A stretch of 64,000 bases of DNA from Acidobacteriota bacterium (GCA_024641665.1 JAHECP010000010.1:3941-67940); one strand, 5' to 3'; shown: positions 18,525-29,674, numbered from the stretch's first letter. A program made the numbers and translations. Notes: a model not told the origin generated them from the sequence alone.

Positions 18525-19802
18525 TCAGCCCTTCACGATCACCCGGTCTCCGTCCGCCAGGTCCGGCGGGGCGTCGACGACCACCCGCTCGCCGGCCGAG
18601 AGGCCGGTCGTCACGTCCACCGTGTCGCCGTCGGCGGGGCCGAGCGTCACAACCCGGCGCTCCACGCGATCGCCCTTGATCACGAACACCACGTCGGTCC
18701 CGTCGGCCGAGCGCACCGCGGCGCGGGGCACCGCGAGCCGGGCGGCCGGCGTGGCGCCGGACGTCTCGGTCACCGGGGCCTGCAGGAATGCCACCTTCAC
18801 GCCCATGTCGGGCAGGATGCGCGGGTCGAACCGCTCGCCCCTCGACGTCGCTCGGGGCGACCCTGAGCTTGTCGAAGGGTCGAAGGCGATGCGCACCAGC
18901 ACCGTGGCCTTCTGCCGGTCGGCCGTCGGCACGACGGTGATCACCCTCGCCGGGATCTTCCAGTCCGGGTACGCGTCGAGCGTGGCCGTCACCGCCTGAC
19001 CCGCCTCGACGCGGTTGATGTAGCTTTCGCTGACGTCCACCTCGATCTCGAGCGACGACATGTCCACGATCGTGCAGATACCCGTGCGGGTGAAGCCGCC
19101 GCCCGCCGAGACGGGCGACACCATCTCGCCCGGCTGCGCGTCCTTCGACACGGCAACGCCGCTGAACGGCGCCCGGATGACGGTCTCGTCGAGCTCGGTC
19201 TCCCGAAGCTCGAGCTGCCGCTCGGCGACCGACACCTGTTCCTTCGCGGCGTCGACGTGCGCCGCGAGCGCGTCCACGTTGGCCTGCGCCGCGTCCAGGT
19301 CGGCCTTGCCGATGACGCCCTCGGCCACGAGGCGGGTCTGCCGGCCGAGCGTGACCTTGGCCTCGGCGAGCCGCACCACGCTCTCGTCCACGGCCTGCTT
19401 CGCGGCGTCGAGCTGCGCCTGCGCCAGGACCAGATTGGCGCGCGCGATCGAGTCGTCGAGCCGCGCGAGCACCTGGCCCTGACGGACCGCCATGCCCTCC
19501 TCGACGCGTACCTCGACCACCTTGCCCGTGATCTTCGACGACACGGTCGCGCGCCGCCGCGCGGTCACGTAGCCCGACGCGTTCAGCACCGTGGCGTTCT
19601 GCGGCCCGGCCGTCGAGCGCTCCGCGACCGACACCGCCCGGACGGCCTTGACCGCCGGTCCCGCCAGGTACCACCAGGCCGCGCCCGCCGCCGCGACGGC
19701 CAGCAGGGCCAGCGAGACCCAGAACCACCACCCGGGGCCGCGCCCCTCGCGCGAGGCGCCGTCGATCCGCAGTGCCGCCAAATCGGGCTTCGGGTCGCTC
19801 AC
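18525..19802 (-). CDS. HlyD-family periplasmic adaptor (membrane fusion protein)
   Basis: 425 aa with an N-terminal TM (WWFWVSLALLAVAAAGAAWW), a lipoyl-like segment (SKITGKVVEVRVEEGMAVRQGQVLARLD), a coiled-coil hairpin and a beta-barrel segment. Confidence 0.9.
   Translation of the reverse strand: MSDPKPDLAALRIDGASREGRGPGWWFWVSLALLAVAAAGAAWWYLAGPAVKAVRAVSVAERSTAGPQNATVLNASGYVTARRRATVSSKITGKVVEVRVEEGMAVRQGQVLARLDDSIARANLVLAQAQLDAAKQAVDESVVRLAEAKVTLGRQTRLVAEGVIGKADLDAAQANVDALAAHVDAAKEQVSVAERQLELRETELDETVIRAPFSGVAVSKDAQPGEMVSPVSAGGGFTRTGICTIVDMSSLEIEVDVSESYINRVEAGQAVTATLDAYPDWKIPARVITVVPTADRQKATVLVRIAFDPSTSSGSPRATSRGERFDPRILPDMGVKVAFLQAPVTETSGATPAARLAVPRAAVRSADGTDVVFVIKGDRVERRVVTLGPADGDTVDVTTGLSAGERVVVDAPPDLADGDRVIVKG
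18823..18884 (-). repeat. REP/MITE-like palindromic insertion (46 nt + 8-nt direct repeat TTCGACCC) in frame inside the adaptor gene
   Basis: Minus strand reads TTCGACCC-TTCGACAAGCTCAGGGTCGCCCCGAGCGACGTCGAGGGGCGAGCGG-TTCGACCC. It encodes 18 extra residues (PSTSSGSPRATSRGERFD). The 17-nt core CCTTCGACAAGCTCAGG is identical to the actD-actE spacer (29716-29732). Confidence 0.6.
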
Positions 19803-20109
19803 CGTGTCCGCTCCCGCCGTCGACGACGGCTCTCGGGGAGAATCCCGCGAACCCGCGAATTATAGCGGTTCCGAGGGCCCTCCACGCGCGCCGCCCTTGT
19901 CCGATCAGGATACGAAGGCCACGGGCCGGCCGGATCGGGATTTCCGCCGAACGGCGCCCAACGGCCGGTGAGTGGAGCGGGACCCGCGTCCAGAGCATAC
20001 TGGAGTCGTCGGCGACCTCGAGGCGAGCCTGCAGCGCGCCGTCGAGCTGGGGGGCCGGCTTCGTGGTCCCGTGGGTCCGGATTCCAGGCTGACGAGAGGT
20101 GCGGTGCTC

Positions 20110-20915
20110 ATGCGCGCAGGCTCGTGGAGGCCGGTCAGGCTGTGCCTGGCCGGCCTGATTGGTACCGGGGTGGCGGTGACCGCGCTCGCGTTCACGCAAG
20201 AGGAGCCGCCGGCGGCGGACGCGCGGGTCGACGGCATCTTCGCGGCGATGACCGCGCCGGGCTCGCCCGGCTGCGCGCTCGCCGTGATGCGCGACGGGAA
20301 CGAGGTCTACCGCCGCGGCTGCGGCACGGCCAATCTCGAGTACGGCGTGCCGATCACGCCGGTGTCGGTCTTCCACGTCGCGTCGATCTCGAAGCAGTTC
20401 ACGGCCGCCGCGGTGGCGCTGCTCGTCGCCGACGACAAGGTCTCGTGGACCGACGACGTGCGCCGGTACGTGCCCGAGGTGCCGGACTTCGGGAAGACGA
20501 TCACGCTGGACCACCTCGCGCACCACACGAGCGGGCTGCGCGACCAGTGGGATCTCCTGTCGATGGCGGGGTGGCGCGGGGAGGCCGACGTGGTGACCAC
20601 GGCCGACGTGCTGGACGTCACCTCGCGGCAGACGGCGCTCAACTTCGATCCGGGCGCGGAGTACCGTGCTCTGCAACTTCCCGTCGAGCAATCCGTCGGC
20701 GCTCGCCGAGCGCGTGGCCGACGTGTACCTGGCCGGACGGCTGCACGACCCGCCGGCGGATCCCCCCGCCGGGGCGCCCGCGGGCCTCACGACCGACGAG
20801 CTGCGGTCGCTGCCCGGTCGCTGACCTTCCACCGGGCGGACGACGGACGCGTCGCCGGGTTCACGATGAGCACCGGCCGCGTCCGCAAGGTGTGGTTCCG
20901 CGGATTGCCGACTGA
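20110..20915 (+). pseudogene. beta-lactamase-family serine hydrolase, internally deleted and frame-shifted
   Basis: The N-terminal 185 aa are intact, with a signal-like start and the SxxK motif (HVASISKQF). After FDPGAEY (about 20664) the sense continues in the +1 frame as VLCNFPSSNPSALAERVADVYLAG...RSLPGR*. It then returns to the first frame as LTFHRADDGRVAGFTMSTGRVRKVWF. The YxN-to-KTG core appears to be missing. Confidence 0.55.
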
Positions 20916-21125
20916 GCGGCGGCACGGGGGTCCAACCACCCAGGCGCTCCGGAGCGCCGATGGAGGTCCGTCGGCATCTCCGTGCAGCTGCTGGCCGTGC
21001 TCGTCGGCGGACTGGACTACGTCCTGTTGATCCGCACCCAGCCGGCGACCAGGCAGGCGTACTACGGGTTCGGAGCCCCCAGCCGGCGCTCGCCCTTGGA
21101 GGGCGCGACCGACTATCCTTGAGAC

Positions 21126-22115
21126 ATGGCCAGATACTTCGTGACCGGCGCCACGGGCTTCCTCGGCGGCGCGCTCGTGCGGCGGCTCCGCGCCGCCGGC
21201 CACGACGTCGTCGCGCTCGTGCGTCATCCTGGCAAGGCCGGTCCGCTGACGGCACTAGGCGTGACGCTCGCCGAGGGCGACATCACTGACCGCACGACGA
21301 TGACCGGGCCGATGGCGGGCGCCGACGGCGTCTTCCATTGCGCGGCGTGGTACCAGCTGGGCGTGCGCGACAAGTCGATGGCGTACGCCGCCAACGTGGA
21401 GGGCACGCGCAACGTGCTCGAGGCGATGCGCCAGACCGGCGTCCCCAAGGGCGTCTACACCAGCACGCTGGCCGTCTTCTCGGACACCCGGGGACGGCTG
21501 GTGGACGAGACGTACCACCAGTCCGGGCCGTTCATCTCCGAGTACGACCGCACGAAGTGGCTGGCCCACTACGAGGTGGCCGTGCCGATGATCCGTCGCG
21601 GGCTGCCGCTCGTGATCACGCAGCCCGGCGTCATCTACGGCCCCGGCGATCACAGCGCCGTGCACGACGCCTGGGCGGGCCTGCTCGCGGGCAGGCTGTC
21701 GATGGTGCCCGAGCAGACGGCCTACTGCTGGGCGCACGCGGACGACGTGGCCGAGGCGCACGTGCTGGCGATGGAGAAGGGGCGTGTGGGGGAGAGTTAC
21801 ATCGTGGCCGGGCCCCGGCACACCTTCGTCGAGGCGGTCGAGATGGCGGCCCGGATTGCGGGCGTGCCGCCGCCGCGCCGCCGCGTCTCGCCGCGCGTCC
21901 TCAGGGCCGTGGCCGCCGTCCTGCGGCCGATCGACCGCGTGGTGCCGCTCGGCGGCCAGCTGTCGCCCGAGTACCTGGGCGCGATTGCCGGCACGACCTA
22001 CATCGGCGACAACGCGAAGGCGCGCCGCGAGCTGGGCTACGCGCCGCGGCCGCTCGAGGAGGGCCTGGTGGACACGTTGGCGTGGGAGAAGGCGGAGCTG
22101 GCGCGGCGCCGGTGA
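21126..22115 (+). CDS. NAD-dependent epimerase/dehydratase (extended SDR family)
   Basis: 329 aa with the Rossmann motif MARYFVTGATGFLGGALVRRL. Confidence 0.9.
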   Translation: MARYFVTGATGFLGGALVRRLRAAGHDVVALVRHPGKAGPLTALGVTLAEGDITDRTTMTGPMAGADGVFHCAAWYQLGVRDKSMAYAANVEGTRNVLEAMRQTGVPKGVYTSTLAVFSDTRGRLVDETYHQSGPFISEYDRTKWLAHYEVAVPMIRRGLPLVITQPGVIYGPGDHSAVHDAWAGLLAGRLSMVPEQTAYCWAHADDVAEAHVLAMEKGRVGESYIVAGPRHTFVEAVEMAARIAGVPPPRRRVSPRVLRAVAAVLRPIDRVVPLGGQLSPEYLGAIAGTTYIGDNAKARRELGYAPRPLEEGLVDTLAWEKAELARRR

Positions 22116-22297
22116 TCGGCCGGCGCGGGCCGCGTACCTGGTCGGTCTCTTGGAGCCGTGCCGTCTCCCGGAGGGGCCGTCGGTCGAGCTCGGCCCGTGT
22201 GCCGGCGGCAGCGACGGCACCACGATGACGCGAAGCGGCACCCGATCCGAAGAGCACGAAAGTCGTGACGCTGCACTCGGGCTCCACGTACGGATCA

Positions 22298-22325
22298 CCA
22301 CGAGGGCCACGAGGGCCACGAAGGG
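22298..22325. repeat. tandem 9-mer (CCACGAGGG)x3 flanked by inverted GTGACGC / GTCACGC
   Basis: CCACGAGGG CCACGAGGG CCACGAAGGG in the 590-nt non-coding gap between the epimerase gene and coxIV. GTGACGC is at 22265 and GTCACGC at 22328. Confidence 0.7.
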
Positions 22326-22707
22326 CCGTCACGCTGTGTCGAGCCTCACGTACTTCACCAGGGAGGAGGCGGCAGCGGAGAGCCGCGATCCCATCGTGGA
22401 CCGCGGACTGGCGCGGCGACCTGCGCGGCCTGGCCGTCGGTGATCGAGCCGGCCGGGCCGCCGGCGGGAGCCGGTGCGAGCGCGCGCAAGAGCGCGCAGG
22501 CGGGGATGGGAGCCCCACGGATCTTCATGGGGCTCTGGTTCGAGCGCGTTCTTGAGCGCGCTCGCATCGGCTCCCGGGGCCCGACGGGCCCGCAGGTTGC
22601 CGCGCGTCTGCGGGACGGCTTCGTGGCCTTTGCGTCTTCGTGGTGACGTACGTGAGCGGGATCGCAGCGCCGCACCGAAGGGGAAGCCGGAGGGGTCCCC
22701 CACGTCG

Positions 22708-23010
22708 TCATTTGCCCGGGAACGGGAGCATGCCGCGGCTCAGGTAGTCGGACAGCGTGAACGAGAAGAGGATCAGCAGCCAGAAGAAGCCCGACACGAC
22801 GACGATCTGCGTCAGGCGCGCGCTGTAGCGGACGTGCATGAAGAACCAGACCACGAGAGAGCCCTTGAACACCGCGATGGCGAGGGCGATCGGCGTGTTG
22901 AGCGCGCCCCAGTCGTGGAACGCGACCCAGGTGGTGAGCGCCGTCATCACGAGCAGCGTGACGAACACCGCGAGGTAGGTCCCGATCGGCGATTCGGCGT
23001 GTTCGGTCAT
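22708..23010 (-). CDS. cytochrome c oxidase subunit IV family protein (small membrane subunit)
   Basis: 100 aa with three hydrophobic helices. It is the last gene of the oxidase cluster. Confidence 0.75.
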   Translation of the reverse strand: MTEHAESPIGTYLAVFVTLLVMTALTTWVAFHDWGALNTPIALAIAVFKGSLVVWFFMHVRYSARLTQIVVVSGFFWLLILFSFTLSDYLSRGMLPFPGK

Positions 23011-23028
23011 AAGTGGCCTTTCCGCGGT

Positions 23029-23075
23029 TCATTCCGTGGCGATTTCCTTGGCTCATTCCGTGGTCATTCCGTGCG
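23029..23075. repeat. three copies of TCATTCCGTG(G/C) in the ctaE-coxIV spacer
   Basis: Copies start at about 23029, 23053 and 23064. Confidence 0.6.
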
Positions 23076-23084
23076 TCCGTTCCC

Positions 23085-23751
23085 CTACACGTGCCGTTCG
23101 ATCAGGTAGAGCAGGGGGAACAGGAAGATCCACACGATGTCCACGAAGTGCCAATAGAGCCCGCCGATCTCGAGCGGCGTGGACCACTGCCTGGTGAACC
23201 GCCCGCGCGCCGCCATGACCAGGAGCGTGATCATGATGCCCGCGCCCACGACCATGTGGAGCGCGTGCAGGCCCGTCATGGCGAAGTACAGCGAGTAGAA
23301 GATCTGCACCGCGTGCGGGTTGCCCGGGCCGTCCCAGACGAAGTTGGGCCCCGGCACGAGGTGGTCCTGGAACTTCTCCCAGTACTCGTAGGCCTTGATG
23401 CCGAGGAAGGCGAACCCGAAGAGCAGCGTGAGCCCCAGGAAGAGCACCTGGCGGAACCGGTTGCCCTGCTGGCCGGCCCAGACCGCCAGCGCCATGGTCA
23501 GAGAGCTGGCGATCAGCACCATGGTGTTCGTCATGCCGAGCGTCACGTCCAGGTGGTGGCTGCCGGCGGCGAACGAGTCGGGGTACCAGGTGCGGTACAC
23601 GATGTACGCCATGAACAGGCCGCCGAAGAACATGATCTCGGTAACCAGGAAGACCCACATTCCCAGCACCGACGCGTCGAACTGCTGCTCGAGGCTGTCG
23701 AACTGGTGCTGGAGCGCGGTGGGCTCCAGGTCCTGCGCGTGTGCCTGCGCG

Positions 23752-23759
<8 letters not shown>
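23085..23759 (-). CDS. ctaE: cytochrome c oxidase subunit III
   Basis: 224 aa, multi-TM, heme-copper oxidase subunit III-like (…[12 protein letters not shown]…HVVGAGIM…[17 protein letters not shown]). Confidence 0.9.
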
Positions 23760-25407
<1,648 letters not shown>

Positions 25408-25606
25408 GGTTCAATTTCTACCGGGGCTCTGCCCCGGACCCCGGCTCGGTCGCTTGCGGGGCCCCGACGCCCCGCGCCGCTCCGTCCCACCCCAACGCGC
25501 ACAGTCCGCGCGTTGGGGGCCCCGGCTCGCGGGCCGCGCCGTGCGCGGCCAGCCCGTCATGCGGCACAAACCGGTACAGGGTTCTCGTTTCATGAGACAT
25601 AACGGG
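25408..25606 (-). repeat. 199-nt highly structured intercistronic spacer between oxidase subunits II and I
   Basis: Perfect hairpins CCCCAACGCGC-N7-GCGCGTTGGGG (25490-25518) and GGCCGCGC-CGT-GCGCGGCC (25532-25550), plus GGGGC-TCT-GCCCC. No credible ORF. Confidence 0.6.
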
Positions 25607-26599
25607 CTACTTCGGCGTCGGGTGCGGCGTATCGGTCGCGGTCGGCGCTCCGGGCGTCGGTGTCGGTTGGCCTGTCGTTCCGAGTGACTTGATGTAGGCG
25701 ACGAGCTGCAACAGGCCCTCCTCGGTCACGAGGCCCTGGTAGGTCGGCATGATCGGCTGGTAGCCGGCCACCGTCCTGGCCTGCGGGTCCACGATCGACT
25801 CGCGGATGTAGCTGTCGTCGGCGATCACCTGGCCGCCGCCCTCGAGCGCCACCGGCCTGCCGTAGATCCCGTCGAGCACCGGGCCGCGCCCCTGCGAATC
25901 GGGGCGATGACAGGAGTTGCAGGACAGCTCCTGGAACAGCTTCTCGCCCGACGAGGCGAGCGACTCGCCCGCGCCGCCCGCCAGCCACGCCTGGAAGTCC
26001 TCCGGCGTCATGGCGTCGACCCAGCCGATCATCCCGGAGTGCTCGGTGCCGCAGTACTGCGCGCAGAAGAAGTGGTAGCGGCCGGGCTTGGTCGCCTCGA
26101 ACCAGAGCGTGGTGAACCGGCCCGGCACGACGTCGGCCTTCACGCGGAAGGCCGGGACGAAGAAGTCGTGAATCACGTCCTCGGAGGCCAGCGTCAGGCG
26201 CACCGGCTGGCCCACGGGCACGTGGAGCTCGTTGATCTCGCGCCGCCCGTCCGGGTGCTGGATCTTCCACATCCACTGCTTGCCGACGACGTAGATGTCC
26301 ATGGCGTCGCGGGGCGGCCGCGAGATCCGGATGAAGATCACGCTGCTCCACACGAAGATCCCCATGACGATGGCGAGCGGCACCGCGGACCACAGGATCT
26401 CGAGCGCCGTGGAGCCGTGGATCTTCGCACCGACCTCCAGAGCGTGCCGGCGCCGGTACTTGACCGCGAAGGCCACGATCGTCAGCGAGATCGTGACGGC
26501 GAAGAAGCCGCTGATCGCGAGCAGCAGGAAGTAGAGCGCGTCGACCTGGCCCGCCACCGACGACGCTTCGCGCGGAAACAGCGGAAAGTTGTTGAACAT
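25607..26599 (-). CDS. ctaC: cytochrome c oxidase subunit II with a fused C-terminal cytochrome c domain (caa3 type)
   Basis: CuA site FFCAQYCGTEHSGM and heme c motif CNSCH. Confidence 0.95.
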   Translation of the reverse strand: MFNNFPLFPREASSVAGQVDALYFLLLAISGFFAVTISLTIVAFAVKYRRRHALEVGAKIHGSTALEILWSAVPLAIVMGIFVWSSVIFIRISRPPRDAMDIYVVGKQWMWKIQHPDGRREINELHVPVGQPVRLTLASEDVIHDFFVPAFRVKADVVPGRFTTLWFEATKPGRYHFFCAQYCGTEHSGMIGWVDAMTPEDFQAWLAGGAGESLASSGEKLFQELSCNSCHRPDSQGRGPVLDGIYGRPVALEGGGQVIADDSYIRESIVDPQARTVAGYQPIMPTYQGLVTEEGLLQLVAYIKSLGTTGQPTPTPGAPTATDTPHPTPK

Positions 26600-27499
26600 C
26601 TACCGACCACTCCCGGAGCGCTGGTGAGCCGGATCGGGCGACCCCTGCGGCCGTCGATCCTTGCGCAGTGCGAGGAAGATGAACCCGCCCAGCGCGGCGA
26701 GCGTCAGCACGCCCCCCAGCCGGATCAGGTTCATGATCGCAAGGCCGTACTTCCCCTGCTCGGGGTCGTAGTGGTAGCAGAGCAGCAGCGCCTGATCGAC
26801 GGCCGTGCCGATCTTGTCCTGCGACGCCTCCACCAGCCCCAGCCGCAGGTCGCGCGGCGCGTACTCGATGCCGTAGAAATAGCGCGACACCTTGCCCCCC
26901 GGCGTCAGCAGCATGATGACCGCCGGGTGCGCGAACTGGTCGATCTTCGGGTCGTACGCGTAGCGGAAACCCACCGCGTCGGTGAGCTTCGTGATTGCCG
27001 CCTGCTGGCCGGTCAGGAAGTGCCACCCGCCCTCGGTGCCGGGGCGGTTGTACCGCTCCAGGTAGCTCGCCTTCTTGTCGCGCGCCAGCCCCGGCGTCTC
27101 GCCCGGGTCGAAGCTCACGACGAGGACCTCGAAATCCTGGCCCGGGTTGAACTTCAGCACCTCGAGCGAGCTCACCAGCCCGTTCAGCACCTGCGTGCAG
27201 AGCATCGGGCACTCGTAGTAGACGAGCGCCAGGATCACGGGCCGCTTCCCGAAGTACTGCCGGAGCGTCACCGGCTTGGCCTGCGAATCCAGGAACGGAA
27301 TGTCGAGCGGCACCTGCTCGTCGAGCTTCTGGTCGATGCGCACCTGTGAGAGCAGGCCCGGTTGCGCGGTGGCCGCGTTGCCGGCCTGCGTCTGCCCCTG
27401 TTGTCCCGTCCAGCCCCCCTGGGCGAAGGTCACGGCGGGCGCGATCACGAGGATCGCGAGCGCCGTCAGCCACGTACCGCCGCCGAACTTGCCTGACAT
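26600..27499 (-). CDS. SCO/SenC-family copper chaperone
   Basis: 299 aa. Thioredoxin-fold CxxxC motif (YYECPMLC), an N-terminal signal/anchor and a C-terminal TM helix. Confidence 0.85.
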   Translation of the reverse strand: MSGKFGGGTWLTALAILVIAPAVTFAQGGWTGQQGQTQAGNAATAQPGLLSQVRIDQKLDEQVPLDIPFLDSQAKPVTLRQYFGKRPVILALVYYECPMLCTQVLNGLVSSLEVLKFNPGQDFEVLVVSFDPGETPGLARDKKASYLERYNRPGTEGGWHFLTGQQAAITKLTDAVGFRYAYDPKIDQFAHPAVIMLLTPGGKVSRYFYGIEYAPRDLRLGLVEASQDKIGTAVDQALLLCYHYDPEQGKYGLAIMNLIRLGGVLTLAALGGFIFLALRKDRRPQGSPDPAHQRSGSGR

Positions 27500-27520
27500 G
27501 TCTCTTCTGCTTCTTTCTGG

Positions 27521-27910
27521 TTAGTGGCGGGTCGGCAGCCCCCGCTCGAGCAGCAGCGCCTTGGCGCGCGCGATCGGGATGTACACGACGCCCGCCTGCT
27601 GATCGATCCAGCCATAGGTCGTGAGCTGCCGCTCTTCGGCCGCCCGGTACTTCGCCAGGTCGCCCGCCTCGTCGATCTGCAGCCGCGGCTGGGGCGGCAG
27701 CTGGCCGGCCGGGACCGCGAGCGGCCCCGCCGGCGGCTCGCTCTCGACGAGCCGGTCGTCGATGTAGCGGAACAGCGCCAGCACGAGGATGCCCGAGAGC
27801 ACGCAGACGGCCGCCAGGCCCAGGATGGACAGGAAGACCGGGCGGGCCCGAATCTCGCCGCCCTCGTGACCCCCGTGTGCGCCGTCGGACTGCTTAGTGG
27901 TGTCCGCCAT
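27521..27910 (-). CDS. small membrane-anchored protein in the ActG position of the ACIII cluster (putative)
   Basis: [19 protein letters not shown]..., one TM helix (VFLSILGLAAVCVLSGILVLALF), then a ~70-aa soluble tail. Start chosen at ATG 27910. Assignment rests on position only. Confidence 0.5.
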   Translation of the reverse strand: MADTTKQSDGAHGGHEGGEIRARPVFLSILGLAAVCVLSGILVLALFRYIDDRLVESEPPAGPLAVPAGQLPPQPRLQIDEAGDLAKYRAAEERQLTTYGWIDQQAGVVYIPIARAKALLLERGLPTRH

Positions 27911-29084
27911 GGGCCAATGCATCCTCGTAATACGGGTCGTTCACCGGCAGCTGGGGGCGCGACTGGAACAGGCGGAAGAAGACCGCCAGCCACAGGCCGC
28001 CCAGGCCGGCCACCGCCGCCAGGTCCATCCAGTGCACGGCGAGGTGCGCCGGCTCGAACGAGGGGGCGACCAGCCAGAAGGCGTCGACGTAGCGCATCAC
28101 GAGGATGCCGATCGCGACCGCCATCAGGGCCTTCCGGTTGCGCTTCAGGTCCTTCGAGAGCAGGAGCAGGAACGGCAGCGCGAAGTGGCCGATGGCGATC
28201 ACCGCCGCCATCCACTGCCAGCCGCCGCTCGCCCGCTCGAGGTACCAGGGAATCTCCTCGGGCAGGTTGCCCGACCAGATGATCAGGAACTGCGAGAAGG
28301 CCAGGTACGCCCAGAGGATCACGAACGCGAACAGGAGCTTGCCGAGGTCGTGGAAGTGCGCGGGCTTCACGCGGCCGGCGAAGGGCGCGTCCTGGCTGCA
28401 GAGCGCGAGCACGGCGATGGCGAACGCGAACACGCTCATGCCCTGCGCGCCGATGAAGAGCATGCCGAAGATCGTCGAGAACCAGTGCGGGTCGAGCGAC
28501 ATGACCCAGTCCACCGACGCGAAGGTGAGCGTCAGGCCGTAGAGCAGGAGGCCCGGGCCGCTCAGCATCCGGAAGCGGCGGTCGTCGGGGCCGGTGCCGG
28601 CGAGCGCGTCCTGCTCGGCCGACCAGCGGCTGAGGAAGTACGCGAACACGCTCCAGAGGACGAAGTAGAGGACGGCGCGGGCCAGGAAGAAGCCGACGTT
28701 CAGGTACGGCGCCTTGGCCTGGAGCACGGCGTCGCCCGCCACTTTCACCGGGTCGGCCCAGGCGTAGAGGTGCGGCAGGCCGAAGGCGAGCGGCACGAAG
28801 AGCAGCGCCACGAGCGGCAGCGTGCGGGCGCCGGCCTCGAGGATCCGGCGGATCATCATGCCCCACGCGCCGCCGGTCATGTGCTGCAGCATCAGGGCGG
28901 CGAGTGAGCCGAGGGCGATGCCGAACACGAAGACGTAGGCCGGCAGGTACGACCGGAAGAACTGCTCGGGACTGCCGAACGCGCCGGCGACGAGCGCGAC
29001 GAGGCCCACGGCGCCCACGATCGCGGCGCGGGTCTGGCCGCGCTGCAGGCGGGCGGTGCCGGACGATTCCACGCTTCCGCTCAT
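27894..29084 (-). CDS. actF: Alternative Complex III subunit ActF (NrfD-like membrane subunit)
   Basis: 396 aa, about 10 TM helices, follows actE. Confidence 0.8.
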   Translation of the reverse strand: MSGSVESSGTARLQRGQTRAAIVGAVGLVALVAGAFGSPEQFFRSYLPAYVFVFGIALGSLAALMLQHMTGGAWGMMIRRILEAGARTLPLVALLFVPLAFGLPHLYAWADPVKVAGDAVLQAKAPYLNVGFFLARAVLYFVLWSVFAYFLSRWSAEQDALAGTGPDDRRFRMLSGPGLLLYGLTLTFASVDWVMSLDPHWFSTIFGMLFIGAQGMSVFAFAIAVLALCSQDAPFAGRVKPAHFHDLGKLLFAFVILWAYLAFSQFLIIWSGNLPEEIPWYLERASGGWQWMAAVIAIGHFALPFLLLLSKDLKRNRKALMAVAIGILVMRYVDAFWLVAPSFEPAHLAVHWMDLAAVAGLGGLWLAVFFRLFQSRPQLPVNDPYYEDALAHGGHH

Positions 29085-29659
29085 CGCTGGGACTCCTGAC
29101 CCGAGGACGCCGGCCGGCCGAGCGTCGCGCGCCCGGCCGGCGGCACGTCCGCCATCGTCGCGTGCTGGCTGAGCTGCAGGGCGCGAATGTAGGCCGCGAT
29201 CGCCCAGCGGTCACGGACCGGCACCTGCGCGCGGTAGTCCTGCATGGCGCCGAAGCCGTTGGTCATCACGTCGAAGAAATGGCCCACCGGCGCGTCGCGC
29301 AGCCGGTCGATGTGGTAGGACGGCGGCCGGCGGAAGCCGCGCCGCACGACCATGCCGTCGCCGTCGCCGAGCGGCCCGTGACACGGCGAGCAGAAGATGT
29401 CGAAGCGCTCCTGGCCGCGGTCGAGCACCGCCTGGGTCACCGGGAACGGAAACTGGTCGACCACCACGCCGTCCACCTTGCCCGTGTAGAGGAGCGAGTC
29501 GAGCCGCGCCTGGCCCCGCGCGACCGTGTCGGCCACGAGCGGCCGCGCCGAGGCGCCGTCCTTGAAGAAGTCGCTGGCGGCGAGCGGCTTGTAGCGCGGC
29601 TGGTCCTGCATGTCCTGCCGGCACGCCGTGACCGCCACGAGCGCGAAGGCGACGCACAC
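29081..29659 (-). CDS. actE: Alternative Complex III subunit ActE (monoheme cytochrome c lipoprotein)
   Basis: Single CSPCH heme motif and a lipobox-like ALVAVTAC. The track ORF starts at 29776 inside a repeat element. I place the start at GTG 29659, but this is uncertain. Confidence 0.75.
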   Translation of the reverse strand: MCVAFALVAVTACRQDMQDQPRYKPLAASDFFKDGASARPLVADTVARGQARLDSLLYTGKVDGVVVDQFPFPVTQAVLDRGQERFDIFCSPCHGPLGDGDGMVVRRGFRRPPSYHIDRLRDAPVGHFFDVMTNGFGAMQDYRAQVPVRDRWAIAAYIRALQLSQHATMADVPPAGRATLGRPASSGQESQR

Positions 29660-29674
29660 GAGCGTCGCATGCCG

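Noticed and set aside
22116-22707. Possible small genes in the 590-nt gap (for example the 57-aa MKIRGAPIPACALLRALAPAPAGG... on the minus strand)
   Set aside because: No ribosome-binding site, weak codon bias, no motif. The region is dominated by hairpins and the 9-mer repeat.
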